From Candidatus Thorarchaeota archaeon (lineage in GTDB: Archaea; Asgardarchaeota; Thorarchaeia; Thorarchaeales; Thorarchaeaceae), in contig JBHLQH010000030.1 in assembly GCA_048884965.1 (NCBI GenBank), positions 1 to 45,899 on the forward strand: 45,899 nt of DNA. The letters are read 5' to 3'. The translations under genes and the position numbers were made by a program. Of this stretch, positions 33,838 to 41,172 are shown one piece after another; the stretch's first letter is position 1, and every line of letters begins with the position of its first letter. The notes under the pieces are model-generated. The model searched no databases. It saw only the letters and a program-made list of their open reading frames with translations, and had not been told where the DNA came from.

Positions 33838-36480
33838 TCAGACTACTGGCTGATAGCCAAGGTATTCTTCCGAATCTACTTCGGTTTTTACGCTTTCCTG
33901 AATCCTTCGAACACTTTCGAGAGCACCAAAACGAAAGAGTGGTTGATTGTTGTTACCGCATTGATATGAGTATGTGCAAAGAGGACATCCATCAACAGTA
34001 GTACAATCGCATCGCTCAAGTATCGTTTCTACTCGTTTCAGAGCCTCCTCAAATCTGGTGAAGAGAAGCTTTGATGCTCCATTCCCTCCAGGACTACCAT
34101 CATAGACAAAGATGATTCCTGAATCGCCCATCGAAACACCACCAATCTCTCGAGCACTCCCACCAGTGAGCATGTCACTGGATTCAATAACCACATGCTC
34201 AAGGGCATGAAAGGAGCCACCGAACAATTCAGCAGGATTCATCTTCGGACCTCGAGCATTCCTTAATTTCCCTGCTAGATAATCATTGATTGATACCGTT
34301 GGTTCAGGAGCTTTGAAAGCAAATCCGCGTGTAAGGTACTTGTAAATCAAGGGAGTGGGAATCTCAGCCCTTTGAATGACTCTGCCGCTTCTAGTGTCTT
34401 TCTTGACATAACCAAATACAGTTTGGGTCATCTCCAATGTGCAGTAGATCATGTCCATTCCGAACGCTTGTCTTCGTTCGTGCACCTCGATAATTCGTGG
34501 CATTGTATCATAGAGTGGTTTTGTATGTGCACTTCTATCGTCTATTGGAACAACTGTTGCTTTCCCAAGGCCAGGAGTATAACGAAAGTCCACAGACATG
34601 TAATTCTTACCGCCATGGAGATAGACAGCTCCAGGATGTAGTTCTTGTGCTGCCATAGGCATCGTACGTTCCCCTAACTTACGTTGCTTTAGCTTGATTT
34701 CGACTGTGTCACCAATTCCTCTGATGCTATAGCTGCGCCACTCCTTCTGAGCCCTATCGAAGTCGAGCACACGAACTTTGCCAGAGTCATCTATGCGAAT
34801 CATACCCTCGTCAACCAGAGAGTCAAGAATCTTCCTTTGTTTTGGAAAGGCAGATGTATTCAGCTTACCACTCATCGCTGCTGCAATCAACTGATACCGA
34901 CCGACTACTTCATTCTCAGGTTCCATGTAAGCTGCATCTACATCGGTGAAGTATTTCTCAGGCTGATGTCGATAGAAGGAAGATATAGGATCGTTCTCTC
35001 GGAGTGCGAGAATGGCGACACTCTCTTGCCCTTTGCGGCCTGCGCGTCCGATTCTTTGAGTTAGACGAGTAATGGAAACAATCATACTCACGACTGAGTC
35101 CAAGTCCCCGATGTCAATCCCTAGTTCAAGTGTGGGTGTGGATACCAAGACCGGTAGTGCTCCTGAACGGAATTGGTTCTCGACATCATTCCGATAGCTC
35201 TTGGAGAGGCCTGCGCGATGGACCATTGATTTGATACCTGTGTCGCCAATGAGCACATTTAGAACCTCAGCCTCTGAGTGAGTATTGCCAAAGACGAGAG
35301 TCTGGAATTCACCTCGGTTCAAAGCTTTGACCGTATCGACAATCATGCTGTACTTGCTTCTATTTCCAGGATAATACATGAGAAAATGGATAGGACCTCG
35401 TTTCGCACTAGTTGACTCAATCAGCTCGACATCACCGTCAAAAAGCATCTCTGCGTACTCCTTCGGATTGGCTATTGTAGCAGAGGCACCTATCCTTTGG
35501 TACCGACCAGTATCCATCTCAAGGCGCTTCAGAATGTAATAGATATTGGATCCCATTGAGCCAGTATAGAGATGTATCTCATCCAGTACTACATATTTCA
35601 CGGTTCTTAGAAGAGGGACGAGTTGCGATTGACTCCAACCCAGATGATAATGGAGCACATCAGGATTCGTTAGAAGTAGGTCAGGAGGGGAATCATACAT
35701 CTTCTGACGTTGTGCTGTCGCAACATCACCATCGAAGATACCCACAGTCAGATTGGCAGCCTTGCACAGTATTTTGATCTTCTCATATTGATCTCTTGCA
35801 AGCGCTTTGGTTGGATAGAGAAGAAGGGCTCGAATACCTGGATTACCTACGGTTTCGTGAACTGATACGAGTATGTTCCGGATTATTGGGAGTACAAAGC
35901 CCTCTGTCTTTCCTTGTGCTGTTGGAGCGGCGATGATGACATCCTTTCCCTCGGATATCGCGTTGAATGATTCCTCTTGAAATTTGTACAGGTGTGAGAA
36001 TCCTTTCTTAGAGAGTAACTTCTTGAGCTGAGTTGGAAGTTTCACATCATCCATTGCGATACCATAATCTGCATCGCTAGCGGGAATATGTCTGTAACTG
36101 ACAAGATAATCTCGTCCTCTACTTACCATATCGCGAATCGCATCAGGAAGCTTATCTATTTCGAAACCGCCTTGCGATACCACCCTTGCTATCTCCGATT
36201 CAGATTGAACCCGGTCTCCCACGGAAGTAGCTCTCCTTGTAGGCCTTGATTCCTTCTCAGGGAGCTTTCGTGTTTTTTGTGAGGGAGATTGCTTGGCAGA
36301 AGATGTGAAAGTTCCCTGCCTTACTGCAGTCAAGTACTCATCATATGCATCGTACAAATCCTTGCTTCGACCATCGACCATAATCTCTGCATTACATTGA
36401 TAGCAACGAACTGTCCAAATATGGCCTCCTTTTCTTATGTCAAGCTTCGACCCACATTTTGGACAGTGTAGAACTGGCAT
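33838..36480 (-). CDS. Hrq1/MrfA/SftH-type DEAD/DEAH helicase with DUF1998 and N-terminal zinc ribbon
   Basis: 'APTAQGKT', 'LYPTKALARDQ', 'DEIH', 'SATIANP', 'LELGIDIG', 'QRIGRAGR', 'HALEH', 'YDG.PGGNG', 'CDC...GCPLC'. Confidence 0.92.
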   Translation of the reverse strand: MPVLHCPKCGSKLDIRKGGHIWTVRCYQCNAEIMVDGRSKDLYDAYDEYLTAVRQGTFTSSAKQSPSQKTRKLPEKESRPTRRATSVGDRVQSESEIARVVSQGGFEIDKLPDAIRDMVSRGRDYLVSYRHIPASDADYGIAMDDVKLPTQLKKLLSKKGFSHLYKFQEESFNAISEGKDVIIAAPTAQGKTEGFVLPIIRNILVSVHETVGNPGIRALLLYPTKALARDQYEKIKILCKAANLTVGIFDGDVATAQRQKMYDSPPDLLLTNPDVLHYHLGWSQSQLVPLLRTVKYVVLDEIHLYTGSMGSNIYYILKRLEMDTGRYQRIGASATIANPKEYAEMLFDGDVELIESTSAKRGPIHFLMYYPGNRSKYSMIVDTVKALNRGEFQTLVFGNTHSEAEVLNVLIGDTGIKSMVHRAGLSKSYRNDVENQFRSGALPVLVSTPTLELGIDIGDLDSVVSMIVSITRLTQRIGRAGRKGQESVAILALRENDPISSFYRHQPEKYFTDVDAAYMEPENEVVGRYQLIAAAMSGKLNTSAFPKQRKILDSLVDEGMIRIDDSGKVRVLDFDRAQKEWRSYSIRGIGDTVEIKLKQRKLGERTMPMAAQELHPGAVYLHGGKNYMSVDFRYTPGLGKATVVPIDDRSAHTKPLYDTMPRIIEVHERRQAFGMDMIYCTLEMTQTVFGYVKKDTRSGRVIQRAEIPTPLIYKYLTRGFAFKAPEPTVSINDYLAGKLRNARGPKMNPAELFGGSFHALEHVVIESSDMLTGGSAREIGGVSMGDSGIIFVYDGSPGGNGASKLLFTRFEEALKRVETILERCDCTTVDGCPLCTYSYQCGNNNQPLFRFGALESVRRIQESVKTEVDSEEYLGYQPVV

Positions 36481-36768
36481 TATATCACCTAATCTTCTTC
36501 CATTCTCTCTGGGAAGGGCTTATGAAACTTTATCACTGACCTCATTCTAAGTATTGTGAACATCATCCCATCTTCATGAGCTTCACTATTGTATCTGGGT
36601 TAGAAGATAATTAATTCCCACTAATAGCAAGTGGCAGTAACGAATCCATCTCTGGGATTTAATCTGGATAGAATTCTAGTACGTCACCCTGAAATATGGA
36701 TGTATTTCCATATCCACAATTGTATAAGTGAGTATGAGGCATCAAAAAACGCCTAGTTCAACCATCAG

Positions 36769-36844
36769 TTGTGTATATCACTTGCACAACTCTTATAAGC
36801 ATACGAGTGGGACTAGATGTCGTTTGTGCATGTACTTCGCACAA
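36769..36844 (+). promoter_or_regulatory. Thioredoxin promoter: TATA box flanked by two TTGTG-N11-CACAA inverted repeats
   Basis: Sites at 36769-36789 and 36824-36844; CTTATAAG at 36792-36799. Confidence 0.65.
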
Positions 36845-36874
36845 CCGAACCTGAAGCACAGGGAGATAAATCAA

Positions 36875-37237
36875 ATGGTTGAAGAGATTACTGCTGACAG
36901 TCTGGATCAAGTACTGTCAGAGAACAAAGTAGTATTTGTAGACTGCCATGCCGTCTGGTGTGGTCCATGCAAGACATTGAGTCCAATTATGGAAGAGCTG
37001 GCTGAGAAGTACGGCGACAAAGGCGTTAAGGTCGTGAAGATCGATGTCGATCATAATAGACAGTTCAGCATGGAGAACCAGATTACTGGTGTACCTAGTG
37101 TCCTAGTCTTCTCGGAGGGAAAACGAGTCGTCTTTGATGATGGCAGCGGCCGAAAGATGGACAAGCTTGTTGGTGTAATGCCACCTGAAGTTTACGATCA
37201 AATCGCAGAGAATCTACTTGCAGAAGCAACTGCATAG
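36875..37237 (+). CDS. trxA: Thioredoxin
   Basis: 'VDCHAVWCGPC', cis-Pro 'GVPS'. Start at ATG 36875 after a GGAG SD; the track's extension is spurious. Confidence 0.93.
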   Translation: MVEEITADSLDQVLSENKVVFVDCHAVWCGPCKTLSPIMEELAEKYGDKGVKVVKIDVDHNRQFSMENQITGVPSVLVFSEGKRVVFDDGSGRKMDKLVGVMPPEVYDQIAENLLAEATA

Positions 37238-37250
37238 GTTCCATCTTACT

Positions 37251-37295
37251 CAAGGGGGAAGGAAAAATCCCCTTTGGGTATGAATCTTCTTTTTC
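37251..37295 (+). terminator. Hairpin with pyrimidine tract after the first thioredoxin
   Basis: CAAGGGGGA/TCCCCTTTG stem followed by TCTTCTTTTTC. Confidence 0.5.
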
Positions 37296-37367
37296 ATCCA
37301 CTACGTATTTCGTAGATACATTCATAGGGCTAATTTCATGTCAACTCCAGTAAGGTTGTGAGATAAC

Positions 37368-37733
37368 GTGGTGCGAGATGTCTCTCCTGAAGAAGCAGCT
37401 GATGCAATCGCTAATACTAAGGTTCTCTTTGTAGACTGTTGGGCACCTTGGTGTGGCCCTTGTCTTGCCTTGGCACCTACAATGGAAGAATTGGATTCAC
37501 GGTATGCTGATAATGATGATATTGGTTTCATTAAAATCAACACTCAGAATTATAGAGAGTTCGCTATGCAGTACAATATTGCAGCCATCCCGTGTGTTTT
37601 GGTGTACAAGGATGGACAGCCTGCGACCTTCGAGATGGACGATCCACGAATGGGCGGAAAGATCAAGACAGACCGATTGATTGGACTAAGGCCAATTGAG
37701 CATTATGAGAATGTAATCGAGCAACTATTGTGA
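37368..37733 (+). CDS. Thioredoxin (second paralog)
   Basis: 'VDCWAPWCGPC', 'AIPC'. Confidence 0.92.
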   Translation: MVRDVSPEEAADAIANTKVLFVDCWAPWCGPCLALAPTMEELDSRYADNDDIGFIKINTQNYREFAMQYNIAAIPCVLVYKDGQPATFEMDDPRMGGKIKTDRLIGLRPIEHYENVIEQLL

Positions 37734-37747
37734 GGTGTTAGTAAGAA

Positions 37748-38272
37748 ATGCCTATTCTACCATTTGGAGACCAAAGCCCGAAAATCGACCCTGGAGCCTA
37801 TGTCAGCACTCAAGCAACGATTGTAGGGAACGTCGAAATCAGCGCACGTGCCAATATCTGGCCGGGCGCGGTGATTCGTGGGGATAAAGCAGCTGTTCGC
37901 ATTGGTGAAGGATCATGCATACAAGATAGTGTGGTCATTCACGCACACAACGAGGATAATCCTGCAATTGTGGGGAATGGGGTAATAATAGGCACTGCCG
38001 CAGTGCTACATGGCGTCTATGTTGGAGATCATGTCAGTATCGGAGAAGGCTGTGTCGTTTTTGATGGAGCGACTCTAGGTGAAGGTGTGCTATTAGCTCC
38101 AGGCAGCATCGTGCCGAGTAACGTGGTAATCCCACCAAGAAGTCTAAACTCAGGAGCTCCAGCAGCACAGATCAGGGAATTGTCGCGTGAGGAAGTTGAG
38201 AAACACAGACTAAAAGCGGAAACGACCGCGGATGTTTTCCAGAAGCTAAAAGGCTGGCAATTGACAATCTAG
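37748..38272 (+). CDS. Gamma-carbonic-anhydrase-like hexapeptide protein (YrdA family) with one Zn ligand substituted
   Basis: 'PKIDP.AYV...ATIVGNV', 'WPGAVIRGD', 'IQD..VIH', 'IGTAAVLHG', 'GAPA'. Confidence 0.9.
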   Translation: MPILPFGDQSPKIDPGAYVSTQATIVGNVEISARANIWPGAVIRGDKAAVRIGEGSCIQDSVVIHAHNEDNPAIVGNGVIIGTAAVLHGVYVGDHVSIGEGCVVFDGATLGEGVLLAPGSIVPSNVVIPPRSLNSGAPAAQIRELSREEVEKHRLKAETTADVFQKLKGWQLTI

Positions 38273-38273
38273 T

Positions 38274-39401
38274 CTACATAATCTCTCGGGCGAGAGTGCT
38301 AACATTCTCGTATCCATTCTCAGTGATCACAACGACATCGGCAATCTTTGTACTTCCCATTTTAGAGTCATGACAAGAAGGATGAAGAGATAGAACCATT
38401 CCCGGTCGAAGAGCGTTAGTATTGCCAGGTAGGATATGAGGCGGCTCTCTCAAGTCCAGACCGATAGAACTGCCAAGAGGCTGTATGATTCCGCAATCAG
38501 TATACCTCTTGCCAACAGATGATACTACCTTTTTCACTAAATCATCTATTGTTATTCCAGGTACTATGTTCTTTTGAAGGATCTCTGCAATCTGGAGGTT
38601 AGTATCAAAGAGCTCACGGTGCCGTTTGGTCGGCGAACCTAGGTGAATCGTCCGTGCAACCTCGGCGAAGTAACCTCCGTGACTTACGGTGATATCAATC
38701 ACTACCGGTTCATCATCCCTAATCCTTTGAGGACTAGGATACGCAAATGGAAAACGGGCATTCGCTCCCGACATCACAGCTGCGCGGATGCCGCGTAGAT
38801 GTCCACCAGCGTTTCGCATCGCAGATTCGACCTCGATCGATACATCCGCCTCAGTTTTCTCAGTGGAAACCATCTCTAAAGCAGTCATAATCCCAATCTC
38901 GGCAATCTTCACTGCTTGCGTAATCATATCAATCTCTACAGGGTCCTTAATCTGACGAAGTCTCCATAGGATTGGGGAGAAATCCTTGAATCCTGCATTA
39001 GGTAATGCGTTCTTCAATCGGTCAAAGTCCTTCACGGGAAGCCAATCTTGTTGCAGACCAATCATGCCAGACTGCCTCCCTGATTCTAGCAGTTTCTCAA
39101 TGATGTGATTCCAAAATGAGGAACTATGAGTTGGATGCCATGCATCCATATCTTCATTGATGAACGGATGAACTTCAGACATGACTGAGTCTTGACCAAG
39201 GAATTCCTGCTGCAGATCAGAGATCAACAGCTGAGGTGTCTGCCCTTGCGAGATAACACATGCAGTAGGAAGGTAGTATTTTGGTGCTTGATAGCCAGTA
39301 AGATATTGTACATCTTGTGCCCTCGTAATGAGAAGTAAATCTACATCTTCTCGTTGCATCGCACGATGTACCTTATCGACTCTCTGGGGTGTGAACTGCA
39401 T
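38274..39401 (-). CDS. M24 (Xaa-Pro peptidase/creatinase) fold protein with degenerate metal site
   Basis: Creatinase_N 'VQYLTGY', 'LRQIKDPVEI', 'ARTI.LG', 'IGLDLREPP', 'LRPGMVLS', 'VVITENGYE'. Confidence 0.88.
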   Translation of the reverse strand: MQFTPQRVDKVHRAMQREDVDLLLITRAQDVQYLTGYQAPKYYLPTACVISQGQTPQLLISDLQQEFLGQDSVMSEVHPFINEDMDAWHPTHSSSFWNHIIEKLLESGRQSGMIGLQQDWLPVKDFDRLKNALPNAGFKDFSPILWRLRQIKDPVEIDMITQAVKIAEIGIMTALEMVSTEKTEADVSIEVESAMRNAGGHLRGIRAAVMSGANARFPFAYPSPQRIRDDEPVVIDITVSHGGYFAEVARTIHLGSPTKRHRELFDTNLQIAEILQKNIVPGITIDDLVKKVVSSVGKRYTDCGIIQPLGSSIGLDLREPPHILPGNTNALRPGMVLSLHPSCHDSKMGSTKIADVVVITENGYENVSTLAREIM

Positions 39402-39539
39402 GATGTGCATCTCAGGTTTGAATCTATTTTCCTGCTCATTTTGAACTAAGGAGGAATATACTCGATTTGCCGAAGTTCTCTCTCTTTTAAGCTTCACGAC
39501 GACGCATAATAGTTGTTCTATGAGTGATAAAATGAAAAG

Positions 39540-39648
39540 TGGCGGGACCGCCCAGATTCGAACTGGGGAAAACCAACTCCGCAGGCTGGCGCCTTATGTG
39601 CATCCCAGAGCAGTAAACTGCAGTGAGACCATGCTAGACTACGGCCCC
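39540..39648 (-). tRNA. tRNA-Arg(GCG) with a 31-nt D-loop intron (39598-39628); CCA encoded
   Basis: Cloverleaf GGGGCCG...CCAGC-CT-GCG-GA-GTTGG...GTTCGAATC...CGGTCCCGCCA. Removing the intron gives a 78-nt tRNA colinear with the neighbouring tRNA-Arg(CCG). Confidence 0.95.
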
Positions 39649-39718
39649 ATTTCGGGGAAGAAAATTCGACTTATAGAGTCTTCGCTGTGTGAATCGCTGC
39701 TAGGATAATGCGATATAT

Positions 39719-39919
39719 CTATGAAAGCGTAAGTAGGTTGACGACAGCCTTGCCTCGTCGTTTAGTGACTCTAAGTGTATGCTCTGACGTCTGGAGAAGA
39801 AAGCTTTCTCCCTCATCCAGATTTTCCAGTACTCGTACCCCCATTGGACCATTCAAGTACTTGGTAAATCGCATAACAACAGGATGTTTGGATGCACTGA
39901 TGTTCTCAGTAGTTGGCAT
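39719..39919 (-). CDS. Small hypothetical protein (66 aa) between the tRNA genes
   Basis: Protein-like sequence, GAGGT upstream, and a TTTAAA box about 45 nt upstream. Confidence 0.6.
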   Translation of the reverse strand: MPTTENISASKHPVVMRFTKYLNGPMGVRVLENLDEGESFLLQTSEHTLRVTKRRGKAVVNLLTLS

Positions 39920-39988
39920 GATGACCGACCTCGACTCAATAATGTGTCAGTATGGCTTCTTTTAAACTACCATCAAATCAAAAGTAGC

Positions 39989-40066
39989 TGGCGGGACCGC
40001 CCGGATTCGAACCGGGGAGAACCAACTCCGGAGGCTGGCGCCTTATCCATGCTAGACTACGGCCCC
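39989..40066 (-). tRNA. tRNA-Arg(CCG), intronless; CCA encoded
   Basis: GGGGCCGTAGTCTAGCATGGATAAGGCGCCAGCCT-CCG-GAGTTGGTTCTCCCCGGTTCGAATCCGGGCGGTCCCGCCA; TTTAAA box about 25 nt upstream. Confidence 0.97.
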
Positions 40067-40102
40067 ATCAACCAGAAATCTAATCAGCTTTAAAGAATTT
40101 CC

Positions 40103-40639
40103 TTAAGTCATCAGATCGTCCGGATCAATCGCCCACCAAGCGCCACGTTTCCCATCAAGCTCTCCACGTTCATAGCGAAGTATTGGATTGCCCAGAACCT
40201 TTTCGGCTCGTTTATTCAGTTTCTCAAGTCTGTCGTGTATCGTCCTTCGTTTCTGGGAATCTCCAAGCAGCTGTTCGGCTAGCTCAGGTGTTGTAGAACC
40301 TCTACTCTTGATGATATGAGCGATTATTTTTCGATCCAATTCGTCTCTACAGACCTTTGTCTTTATGCTTTCATTCAAATCGCCTCTGTACACACTGGTA
40401 TCTCGGATTCTTTCGAGGTAGGATACTCGTGTCTTTAGATCCTCAAGCTCAAGAAGAACCTCATTCACGATAGGCGGCAACTCTTCCTCCAACCGAGCGA
40501 TGACGGAATCTCTGATGTATTTCTGTCGCCCAGCCTCACCCACTAATCGATCGATACGATCAATGACTTCAAAGGGCAATCGAACTCTTAGACTAACTGT
40601 ATCACGTTCCTGTTTCTTCTTGGACAAGCTACACACCAC
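40103..40639 (-). CDS. Ribbon-helix-helix (CopG-like) plus winged-helix DNA-binding protein
   Basis: 'VSLRVRLPFEVIDRIDRLV....RQKYIRDSV', short coiled coil, then 'DELDRKII......TTPELAEQL....RRTIHDRLEKL...GKRGAWW'. Confidence 0.8.
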   Translation of the reverse strand: MVCSLSKKKQERDTVSLRVRLPFEVIDRIDRLVGEAGRQKYIRDSVIARLEEELPPIVNEVLLELEDLKTRVSYLERIRDTSVYRGDLNESIKTKVCRDELDRKIIAHIIKSRGSTTPELAEQLLGDSQKRRTIHDRLEKLNKRAEKVLGNPILRYERGELDGKRGAWWAIDPDDLMT

Positions 40640-40744
40640 CGTCTATAGAGGGAGACTTCTGAGGGCAGATACAATAGTTCAACGACACAGTTATAACAAT
40701 TGGGAAGTGAGGCTCCGAGAGATACCAAAAGGAGACGATCTTCT

Positions 40745-41092
40745 ATGGTAAATACAAGAAAGATAATCCTCCGTGAAAGAACAAGACTCAGAAGAAGCCA
40801 AAATCCTCAGCAGACCGACTTCAGGAAGATGAGGAAGGCCCGTATGTTTAGAACCAAGTTTTGGTCTATAAAGGCGGCAACTAAGGCGGCTAGTGTACCT
40901 GCTGTCCAGAAGACGAAAGGGAAGGAGAAAGAGAAATCAAAGACCAAGGAGAAACCAAAGAAAGAGAAGAAACCCGAGCTCGAGGTCATTGACGAAGAAC
41001 CTGAAATGGATGTCATAGATGAGGAGCTTGAAGAAATCTATTCCTTGGACGATGAGGACTTGGAAGATTTCGACGATGAAGATTCAGAGTAA
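40745..41092 (+). CDS. Small protein with a very basic N-terminus and a very acidic tail
   Basis: GGAG SD before ATG 40745; Arg/Lys-rich first about 75 aa and Asp/Glu-rich last about 40 aa. Confidence 0.75.
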   Translation: MVNTRKIILRERTRLRRSQNPQQTDFRKMRKARMFRTKFWSIKAATKAASVPAVQKTKGKEKEKSKTKEKPKKEKKPELEVIDEEPEMDVIDEELEEIYSLDDEDLEDFDDEDSE

Positions 41093-41172
41093 CACCATTA
41101 GCCTGTTACTTGGTTTCAATCCGTTGACTTTATTGCTAGGATAGGTCATATTCTGAATAGAAGGTACCACCA

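Noticed and set aside
36728-36874. N-terminal extension of thioredoxin given in the ORF track
   Set aside because: It spans the TATA box and operators. The SD and family alignment support ATG 36875.
39540-40066. Near-identical tRNA copies as attL/attR of an integrated element
   Set aside because: Both are full-length tRNAs with different anticodons (GCG and CCG) and their own promoters, only 340 nt apart, with no integrase.
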